A stretch of DNA of 64,000 bases from contig OZ037771.1 of the NCBI GenBank assembly GCA_964035545.1, positions 9,169,408 through 9,233,407 of the forward strand, given 5' to 3'. The translations under genes and the position numbers were made by a program. The stretch comes from Bugula neritina (taxonomy: Eukaryota > Animalia > Bryozoa). This document shows, piece by piece, positions 54,001 through 64,000 of the stretch (within the stretch, counting starts at the first letter, position 1; each line of letters begins with the position of its first letter). The notes under the pieces were generated by a model. That model searched no databases. It was not told where the DNA came from and was given only the letters and a program-made list of their open reading frames with translations.

Positions 54001-57000
54001 TCACCAATGGCCTTTGCCAGGGCTCGAACCCATGATTTCATGCTTACTAGGCAAACGCTCTAACCCCTAGACCACGGCTGCTCCCTAGCTCAGAACAAAC
54101 TATATTTAGCTTCATTTAATATACAATTTGTAGAGTTAAGCATTACTGGTTGAATATTTTTATTCATAATTGGTGAACTAAAGAAACAATGTCATTTGTT
54201 ATATGTTGGTTATGAAATTATGTCTCACATTGTAGTTAAATTGATAGCATCAACATGCATGATGGTTAAGATTTTAATTGATCTGGATCTCTTCTACATA
54301 ATGATGTTTATATGAATTATTTGGTAGAAAAAGACTTAGTCACAGAATTAGACAAAGTAAGAAGAAAGAAAGGAGGGGTTCGTGCAGACGCTAAGAGGGG
54401 ACGTTCCCCTAACAGATTTGATCAGTTTATTAGAAATTTGGAGCAAGAAAGAGACTATTGGAAAGGAGAGGTGGAAACTCTTCAACATGTGTTAAAGTAT
54501 GCTAATTCTAAATATACCAAGTCTTACTAAATGTTATTTAAAAGTTGATTACTTTGGCTTACTTTGAAATTTGTACTAACCAAGCTTGCTTTTGTGTTAC
54601 TTTTCAATGTTGAAGGTTCATTTGTTGATATTTATGCTTAGCGCTAAGCAGACCATTAAAATCAAAACAGTAATTAAAGGGATATTATAAATAAGTAAAG
54701 CTGCATATTGTAATAGTAACACTAATAGCAGTAGTAGGGCTAGCTAAAATACGGATTGCTGAACGAGAAAAAGAGGGATTGTTGTGAGCTGCACTAGGAG
54801 CTACAAGGTGACCATAGCGAAATAACTAGGCTACAAGGAGTGTCAGATGCACAATGCAAAGGATAAAGTGTGAGGCATATATCACAGGGAGGGTATAAGA
54901 AAATCCATGGTTATGTGGCGTCAATAAGATATAAATTGTTTGGAATAAATTGATTCCAGAAGAGCAAGAATTTTCTTTACCATCTAGTTGAATAGCATTA
55001 AAGTGTGGAAACATACAAACCTTGTGGGATTTCAACATACACAGTAATAGTCATTCAGACTAGGAGGTCTAATATTGTGGTAGTTGACAATCCTAATTAA
55101 GGAACTATGATTATTGATAAATTATATAACTATCTCTACTGACTACTGTGTGAAAAAGAAAGAATGGGAAAGATATCGAAATACAAGGACTGGACCACAT
55201 TTTGAAAACCTCAACAAAAGTCATTTCCATAACCGTTAGATTGGATGACACTACTTGTAATAACTGTGAGAGGCTACACAATGACTCAACACACAACTCT
55301 GCTAAAATCCACTCACATTTTGAGAACATTGCATTTACCCAGTCCAGTGGAACTATTTGGGTGGTAAGAGATTACACATGCTTAAACTGTGGCACGACCA
55401 GTATCGAAAGAATACTGATACCAAGGTTCTATGAGACGTTTACTGTGACAGGATATGGAAGCAGAAAGATTTTTTATGCTTAATTAGAAGAAAGAACAAA
55501 TAGGTTAATCTAATTTGATTTTTTAAAATGGAATTGAATATGTTTTTTTGTGAATTTCATTTATACTTTATGGTTTCTTTCAGGTATAAGAGAGTCTGCG
55601 ATGGGTCGCGTAGCCCACTGAGATCTTCTAGTAGAAGTAGGTCGCAGGCTAGGTCAAGGTCAAGGAGTCCCAATAAAATGTCTTCTGCTGTTAGAGAAAG
55701 CAGACTGGAAGCAACGCTGAAAGTAACAGAAGAAGAAAGGGATTACTACAAAAGAGAATTTGAGTTGCAGGTAATTTCTGATTTACCTGCGCATTTTCTA
55801 CATATGAACGCACAAAAGGAATATATGATTGACTCTGTGTTTGTCAGTTTATAATTGTTCATCTATCTGTCACAGACGGTCAACCTTAGTTTAAATCTCT
55901 TATACATATCTCAGTTTGGACAACTATAAAACTATTTGCTTTTGATTTTGTTTTATTTTCCATAATTCTAGATATTTTGTACTCATGACAAATATTCTTG
56001 CAAGTAAAACATTAAGCTATGTAAAGCATTATATTTATAAGCTTCAATATCCAGGCCAACAGCTTTGACAAACTGTTCACTTTTACTTACTCCTCGTGAT
56101 AAACTGCATTCACACTTCCTCCTACAGAAATCTCTGAGAACTCGTCCCTCAAGGAAGTTGAGTCCATGTGATGTGCCTCTAACTGGCAGCTCTGAGTTGA
56201 GGAGAGTGACCAGAGAGAGGGACGAACTCCAAACTCTACTTGACAAGTTTGAGAGGCACATGGCAGAGGTGAAATTAGTATTGTAAACTTCTAGTGTAGT
56301 AAAAGTATTTCTATTGCCTTTTTTAACTTGCAAATAATAAATAGTCGTATACCTTGTCATGGTTCTAACATACTGGGACATTGTGAAAGCTTCATGTCCC
56401 TCCTATATTTTAAATGTTTAAAATGCTAGTTATTTGCAAGTGTCTCTGTGCATAAAAATGTTCAGCTTCTGTTGGTTTCTGGTACCTTAATATAAATAAA
56501 TAAGTTTTGCGTATTGTTCCATAATATTGGCTAAAGGTACGCCTAGTATGACTGAGTAGTATTGCTATGTGACTGAGTAGTATTACTATGTGACTAAGTA
56601 GTATTACTACGTGACTGAATAGTGCTACTACGTGACTGAATAGTATTACTATGTGACTGAGTAGTATTATTATGTGACTAATAGTATTACTGCTAAACTA
56701 AGTAGTATTACTATGTGACTGAATAGTTTTGTATTGCTTATATTTCAGATTCAGACAAACGTCAAAGTGCTAACTGGAGAAAGGGACAGGCTTGTTGGTC
56801 TCTATGAAGAAGCAAAGAGCGAGTTACAGCGCACCAGACATGATCTTCTGAAGAAGACACCTAACAAAGCACCCACTCTAGCTGCAACTCATGTGCTGAA
56901 ACGAATTGAAGAGGTCAATCTAAGTATTTATGCTAATAAATAGCTCTAGGTTCACCTTAATTCTCACCACTACTAGCATCGCTACTGCTGCTGCTGATGC

Positions 57001-60000
57001 TACTGCCAGCTACTATTACTAAGTACTAATACTGCTAAATATTGACAGTATTTCTGTTGTTGTGTTTAGGAACGAGATGGAGCGCTCGTAGATTTAAGAC
57101 GAGCAATAATAGAGCGGGACTCACTGAGGGAACGTCTAAAGATCTCTTCAGACAATCAGATCTCTGACAAGGCGCATTTGGAGCAGCAAGTTGAAGACCT
57201 CAATAGTAGACTCAGGATCCTACACAATGATAAGAGTCAGTTAGAGATGCAGGTAGATGCACCCTGTTTTATCATATTGCGCATGTAATGCCCAATGACT
57301 TAAAATGTTACTAATTCTATTTAATATTCTTAAAGATGGAAGCCTGAACTTATATTTACCCATGTAATTGCTAAGCCAGTTACTTGTAACTTGTATACAG
57401 TCTCATTTCAAGCTACCCTTCACATTGCCTAGCCTTTTTCTCTGTCCTGTTCAGATGTCTAATTTGAAGACTCAGCTGTGTAAAGTAGAGGAAGATTTGA
57501 GGCTAGAAGTGAGCAAATATAATGAGTCAATTGCAGAATGTGAGCAGCTGAAGATTTCCATCAATAAGCTCAGGTTTGTCCCTAGAAGTAGCCCATGCTA
57601 GAGTAATACCCTTTGGTGTAGACTGAGCCGATAACACATTAAATGTTTGCCCCCTAGACACACTTTGCCACATTGTAGGCCGCAACGTAAAATATCAGCC
57701 ATTTTAAATGTGTCCAGGCTGAAGTTCTTTAATTGTACTATCGGGTACAATCTAGGACACTTCATTGGATATTTATATCCAATGAATTGAGGCGAAAGTC
57801 TTCAATAGGAGCCCACCGCAACGCCGTACAGGAAGCTCGGGCATTTGCAAAAATGGCTTATATTTTACGTTACGACCTGCAGTATGGCAAAGTGTGTCTA
57901 GGGGGTATATAATTTATTGATAGCATTGTTTTAATGAATATATTCAATTTTCTACGTTCTGTTGCAGGGTTTTGGACGAGGAAAAGGAGATGACTCTTAA
58001 ACAGTTTCAGCAAAAAGTAATTATAAAAGAGGATGAGATTGAGTCTGTGAGTTTGAGATCCCGTGACCTTGAACACCAGTTGTCCACTGCTGCCCGACAG
58101 CGTGACGAATTGAAGCACGAGGTGGATAGTGTGAGGTCTAACCTGTCTGCTGTAAGTCAGGAGAGAGACAACATCGCTGCCCAACTTTCAGAGAAGTTAG
58201 ACAGATGTCACAGGCTAGACTCAGAGAGCAGAAGCCTAGAGGAGAAGTGTAACCAACTTCATGCTAGAAACAGAGATCTTTCCAGAAAGGTGGCTGAGAT
58301 ATTCTTTGCTATAAGATACTAATTGTTTTATATTCAGTAAAAATTTAAACTTTTTATGATCAGATTCTCTTGACATGAATTTCGCGAAGAAGTGCTTTAA
58401 CCTTACAAAACATAATAGTCCAGTTCAGACCATACCGGCATCTAGGAATTGTCTCAACACATTTTATTTGTGACCCGGCTACAGTGTGCTGTGTCTAATA
58501 TTTTGGCTGTTTTAATACTATTACTATGCAGTGATGAGAAAAAAATTATTTTTTCATTTTGATTAACTATAAAGATAATTAAATATGTTTCTCACCACAT
58601 CCACGTGCACTTTAAGTCTGGCATGTGTTTATAAATACCTCCAGTAAATATCTATAAGTATGTATGTCTTTGCTTTATCAACTCAGTGACAGCTTCTTTC
58701 TTTCAGCTGGAATCTACTGATGAAATGTTGGACAGGAGAGAGGTTGAGTGCTCGAGTCTGAAAAAGAGGCTAGATGATTCGACGGCACAGGTTGAGGCTA
58801 TAAGCCACGCAAGGAGCAACACAATTAGGGAGTCGCGAATGTTGCAAGAAGATTTGGCTACTCTGTCCAATGAGAACAAGCGACTGGCCGAGGATGTCGA
58901 CGCTCTTTTGGACGAGAGGTCACAATTAGCCAATCAGGTTCAAGAATATGTTGCAGAGGTCAGGAGGGTGGAAGAGGTTCTGGCACAGAAGGTGAGTCAC
59001 CTAATCACTACGTGACGTAGTAAAGCAAGAGCTTAGAGCCACTCTGGTTTAATATCTCACCTTTACATCATCTGGCTTCTGCATGAAATCTTTTACATGT
59101 TATTTATTCTGTTCTCAATATATTTTAATCACTTTAGTTTAAAATTGAAAGGTGCACACTCTGCTGTGTACATAGCAGATCTAGTATTAGTATATATCTT
59201 ATTTGTGTTAGTTAACTATGTCCTAGTAATGTGACTGTTGACCTTGTACTGGTACATGTAACTGTTTGCTAGTACATGTGACTATGTGCTAGTAGGTGTG
59301 ACTATGTACTGGTACATGTGACTGTTTGCTAATACATGTGACTATGTGCTAGTAAGTGTGACTGTTGACTGTTTCCTGGTAGATACTCATGTATTCCTAT
59401 AATTGAAATTCTCCATAGTCTATACTCTATATAGACATGTTAAACATTTTATGTAATTAGAAAGCTTGAAATGTACTGATTCTGATTTCTAACTTACATA
59501 ATGTGTGTTATATAACCTAGACCCAGTATTTAAGAACTATGGTAAAGTAATATTAATCTCTTAGATTATATTTTTGCTACACTTATTTTATATTTTATCA
59601 ACTTATTTCTTACTTGATGCTATTTTATGTGTTGTATTTATGCATTTTATCACGCGTCTACATTCACATTATTTCAATTATTTGCACTAGTTGAAACTTG
59701 TGTGTGGCACATCTGAACTGCGAAGCGAACCTATGATATAGACTTTATACTGATAACCGTGCTGTATTCTTGATTGTATAATGTTGTTTTGGGACAGGAA
59801 GATGAGCGTTCCCGACTTTTAGAGCAATACAGGGCTCTCAGTACAGATGCCGAGAAATACCAAGTAACTGCTGCGCAGCTGGAGAGAGATAAATCTAGTC
59901 TTAGATCAGATATTTCTAACAAGGAGGGGCAAATCCGAAAGTTGCAGGAAAAGGTTGCTATGCTAGATAAAGAATGCCAGCAGGTGAGAGCTGTGAATGA

Positions 60001-61894
60001 AGAGGCATATGAGTTCTATAGGGGTGTATCTCACATATCTCGGAAACTAGACACTGGTTGTAAGCTGACAAGTTTTGTAGAATATCATGTCAATATACTA
60101 TGAGAATATCATGTCAATATACTATGAGAATATCATGTATTTGATGAGATGAGCATCTGAACACATGTACAAGCTCTACCAAATTTATACCAGGTTGATA
60201 CTAAATGCATTAAACTAGATAGCATCTGTGTGAGAATGGGTGACTTTGTATGTAAGCCTTTATTCTTACTTTTTTTAGAATCTCTTGGCCCAGCAAGCCT
60301 TGGAAAGTCAACTGTCCAGACAAGACAAGACTATCAGCTCTTTGGAGGAAAAGATAAGAACAAGTGAGCAGGAGAAGTGAGTCATCCGAATTTCTTATAA
60401 ACCCATACAAAGTAACTGCAGACATATCTTAGTCTAACTGAACTCATCAATGTCATCATATAACAAGAAATAAATCTTTCAGTAAATTGCATATATCTGC
60501 AGAGTACCCCATGCTGCTAGTAAGCTCTTCATTTACTTATGTTGATATAAACTACATTACTGTGTTTCTCAATGTTTCTGCTTCACAACTCTGCGTATCT
60601 TGTGTTACTCACTCTGTATGCTGTGGTCACCCTGTGTACTTCACACTGCATACTTGTCTCTCATAGATACACCATCAGACAGAATGCCGGGGAGTTGTGT
60701 GCTCTGCATTGTATACTTGTCTCTCTTAGATACACCATCAGACAGAATGCTGGAGAGTTGAAGGAGTTGTCCACTAACCTGGAGCATGATCGTGATATTA
60801 CTCAACGACATCTAGCGGCCAAAGAGACTGAACTGGAGAGAGCTCGTGCTACTATAATTGAGATGGAAAGAGAGATTAACTTATTGAAGGATAGGTGTAA
60901 TGGGTAAATAATGTAACATCATACTGTCTTGGTTAGCTGCATGTGTCAGTGTGTGACCCTGCGACATGTGGTTACATAGAGTACTCTATCTTTCAGAGAT
61001 CGACAGCGGCTGACTAGTCTGGAACAGGTTCTGGCATCAAACAGAGACAAAGAGTTCCAGTCACAACTGGCTATGCAAGAGAGTGCATCAGAGGTTCAAC
61101 TGATGAAAGACAGGCTGACATTGAATGAGACTAAGATGTAAATATATACACTATGTGTGTACACGCGTGTACGTGTGTGTCCGTGTAGGTGTACGTATAC
61201 AGACTTATGTAGAATGCAATGGATTCTGTAACATATAGTTAAAGCAGTGTAAAATTACTCTTCTGTTTATCAGACATGTAACCTGCCTTGCTGTGCATTA
61301 CAGCTGAGTGTTTACTCTTCTCTTACACAGAGACAGTCAGACGAGGGAAACTGGTCAGCTCCGTAACCGAATAACTGAACTGGAGGCGGAGCTAGAGCGA
61401 TCGCGTCGTCAAGTAACAAATGAAAGGTTTGAGAAAGAGCGGCTCTCTCAAGAGTTGAGGAGAGTGAATGAGCGCTCTACGGGGTTGGTGTCAAGGTCAG
61501 GACAAGCCACGCCCATCCAGTCAGCAAATAATAGCCTCAGCTCTCCAAATAGGTATGAGTAAGTTTATTTCTACTAATAGTAATAAAACTGTAAAATATT
61601 AGATTGTTTTGAGTAGCTCTAAACCCTTATGGGCTAGCAGGATCTGGTATTCTATGGCTTAAAGTATCCAATTTATTGTGTTTTATTTGTTACTATTCAG
61701 TCCTCCAAGCGCTTGAAATATCAAACTATTAGAAGTGAAGCATTTAGTGATTTTCTCTTTGTTTTAGGTTATCTCTTTCTCCGACTGCTGTTTCTAGTAG
61801 ACTGAGAACTTCAACTGGTACGTCTTTAGCTTCAGGGCCAATATCAACCCTCACATCTCCCAGCAAAAAGGTAATTGTGCAATCAATGTGGTGA
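51040..61894 (+). CDS. CEP135: Centrosomal protein CEP135/Bld10 (TSGA10 family) coiled-coil protein, ~1050 aa
   Basis: Tentative 5' exons 51040-51042 (ATG) and 51901-51935. Then 52309-52465, 52646-52831, 53585-53831, 54328-54496, 55584-55770, 56128-56268, 56749-56913, 57070-57252, 57455-57573, 57968-58289, 58707-58991, 59798-59983, 60279-60376, 60730-60903, 60997-61137, 61331-61552, 61768-61894. Motifs matching CEP135: ADRELKEAK, RSPNRFDQFIRNLEQERDYWK, VTRERDELQTLLDKFERHMAEIQTNVKVLTGERDRL, LASNRDKEF, RQVTNERFEKER. The 5' and 3' ends are less certain than the core (52309-61552). Confidence 0.88.
52831..53175. repeat. 32/33-bp minisatellite beginning at a CEP135 splice donor (ggtgagtggatacaggcRagtgagtNccccct)
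   Basis: About 10 copies; the first copy includes the real donor. Confidence 0.95.
53862..54086 (-). mobile_element. tRNA-derived SINE, copy 3
   Basis: A box TGGTCTAGGGG and B box GGTTCGAGCCC on the minus strand. 12-bp TSD agctcagaacaa (53850-53861 / 54087-54098). Confidence 0.88.
56548..56726. repeat. 21-bp minisatellite (atgtgactgagtagtattact)
   Basis: About 8 copies, just upstream of a CEP135 acceptor. Confidence 0.9.
57651..57905. mobile_element. MITE family A, copy in CEP135 intron
   Basis: TIR cccctagacacactttgcca..tggcaaagtgtgtctagggg (~55 bp imperfect). Internal sequence is shared with 6981-7280. Confidence 0.8.
59225..59372. repeat. 20-bp degenerate minisatellite (gtacatgtgactatgtgcta)
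   Basis: About 6 copies. Confidence 0.8.
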
Positions 61895-63829
61895 CAATAG
61901 TACATGGTAGACACTAGCACTCTGTAGTATGTTGGTAAACTGTGCATGCAGTCACTGTGACAGTTTATGGCAAATTATCTGTCAAATTTCATAAATCTTA
62001 ATTTTAATGTATTGTAAATTTATTTGCGTGAATATTTTTTGAAAACAAATTGTATTTCTTGCCTTCATTTATTCACTTCATAATTGAGTGAAACACAACA
62101 GTTCAGTAATAACAACTACTCAATTAAAATACAATATTCTTTATAGTTCTAGTAAGTGACACTAACAACCTTAGTACAACGCACAGTGCATGATGCACCT
62201 CTATGCCTTTGCTCTAGCAAATAGATAACAGTAGCTTAAGGCTAACGGTTACAAACTTAGTTGTGTTTTTCACTTTGCTTTTGGTTTTTACTGTCTGAAG
62301 TAGTTTCACTAAATTATGCTTATTGAATTCCAGTTTACTGAGTTAGGCATATTCTTGGTTTATTATCAACTGTTTATGTCTGTTTGGACTTGTCTGCTCT
62401 TTTTCTTCGACTACGCTTCACCTGCTGTGCCACACTTCCTGCGATACACTTCCTGCGATACACTTACTGCATTACACTTGTTTTAGCTGCCTGTAGATGA
62501 TACGGTCTCAGCATAACTTCACGGTAAATAATCTCACCAGTTATTGGGTATATCCTCACATTCAGCTTATGCTCCAAATATTACATCATTCTTGTGAGAT
62601 TACCCCACACTGCTGTACTATTAGTTAACTAGTTTAACAACAACTGGCTGGTATAAAAACTCTACTATGCTCTCCACAACTCACTGAGTGTTTTCATTTC
62701 TCTCCAACTGTGTGCAGTTACTAACTGTGATTAAGTTTTACACCAGTGTTGCTGTTTCACTGTTTACTTATTCATATTTTCTGTTAAGGGCGTTGCATAC
62801 ATGCGACTACACCATGCCTCCACTCTGTCTATACACTCTGGTAGTCTCAGAAGATATTTCAGAATTAAACTCAAATCCCTCTACTCATACAAGTTATACT
62901 GGAATGTCATAGAGAATTTCATGACTTAGTTATGATGTTGCTGCCAGCTGATTGGTTGTTGTCAGTACGCTGCCACTGAGCTGTGACACTCAAATGATGT
63001 GGCAAACTTTCATCTTCAGGAGATAGGCACTTGTATTAGAACTCATTGAAGTAATTTTCTTGTAGAGCCCTAAACCAGATGCACACAGCAGCTTATCCGA
63101 GTGGATAAAGGAAACTGAGAAGAAAGTATCAAGTTTAACAGCTAAAATTGAATAGATATGATGATCTAGTACCTTCACACACTTATGCTGACAGCTATAT
63201 GAATATATACAGTGTGCTATTGTTTGTTAAGTTAAGTAATATGGAAATTATAATTTAAATATTTTTCTGAAAAATGTGGTGTTAGATATAAACTAAACAA
63301 CACTAGATAGCATCATAAATGATGAGAAAACAACAGGACTTTAATAGCCTAGGTAATTTATATACATTAGAAAGTCTGTTTTCTACTTTATAGTCTTTAC
63401 ATGCAATAAACCTTTGTTAGTATTTTGTCCTAATAATTTTCATTTCCAACTGCAAGCATTGGAATGTGTTTATGTAACCAGTAGACAACTCCTAACATTT
63501 ACCTATTAGAATTTAATTATTAGCAACTATAAGCACTCTATGAGTGTGTATCTTTAACTGCCTGTTTGCTAGTTTTATATAACTGTGATATGTTATTCTA
63601 TTAAATCTGGAATACACTAGTATTTATTTTACTGTATGCTTACATATAATATAATATACGCTATAGTACCATACTATAGGTATTCTATCTTGTATCATGT
63701 GCTCTATATTATGTACACGGTGACGTATACTACTTTCTATACACTTTTATTGACTCCAGTGTCCCTCAGCTACCAACGTTTTTTACTCTTAAAATGTTCA
63801 AATGTTAATACTAAGACATTAACTCATAG

Positions 63830-63880
63830 TTCTCCTCCAGAGAGTTGTACTCGACGCAAGTATTTAGTTGAGGACAAGAG
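63830..63880 (+). CDS. Possible alternative downstream CEP135 exon (SSPPESCTRRKYLVEDKR); gene may continue past the window
   Basis: ctcatag acceptor and AG|gtaagg donor. A 51-nt phase-2/phase-2 exon, compatible with the phase-2 donor at 61552. Confidence 0.45.
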
Positions 63881-63934
63881 GTAAGGCTGTAGAGAGATAA
63901 CGTTGTCTACTGCCCAAGAGCTTGTTTGCTGCTG

Positions 63935-63936
<2 letters not shown>

Positions 63937-63982
<46 letters not shown>
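63937..63982. repeat. (AT)n microsatellite
   Basis: Direct. Confidence 0.95.
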
Positions 63983-63987
<5 letters not shown>

Positions 63988-64000
63988 GTATACGAGAAAC

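Noticed and set aside
54000-54086. tRNA-like sequence (also at 12530-12610 and 47690-47758)
   Set aside because: These are SINE heads with a body and TSDs, not tRNA genes; the stems are degenerate.
54650-55483. Coding-looking intronic stretch with CxxC motifs (ORF 55202-55483)
   Set aside because: No family I can recognise and multiple stops; possibly a decayed element but not supportable without a search.

Overview
AT-rich, intron-rich genomic DNA from an invertebrate animal (a lophotrochozoan is plausible, but the species cannot be told from sequence alone). I assembled four multi-exon genes by hand, each with consistent intron phases. (1) A GABA-A alpha/GRD-like Cys-loop ligand-gated channel subunit (+, 8191-26193, 10 exons, ~487 aa). 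(2) A Nanchung-type TRPV channel (-, 28522-37198, 16 exons, ~814 aa). (3) A PRAS40/AKT1S1 homolog (-, 40164-45834, 4 exons, ~504 aa). (4) A CEP135 homolog (+, ~51040-61894 or beyond, ~1050 aa) that appears to lack the canonical N-terminal domain. Non-coding DNA holds three copies of a tRNA-derived SINE with target-site duplications (TSDs), several MITEs, a 2.9-kb element with ~890-bp inverted arms, a Gypsy integrase remnant and many mini/microsatellites. The most striking pattern is recurrent tandem duplication of splice sites together with adjacent exon ends, seen at six or more junctions in three genes, some giving in-frame alternative exons. Other points of interest are a predicted cation-selective pore in the GABA-type subunit (SDR instead of PAR, plus 19' R->D), a GC-AG intron in the TRPV gene and the truncated CEP135. 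I found no prokaryote-type system (CRISPR, operons). All gene models are manual and unverified by RNA data.
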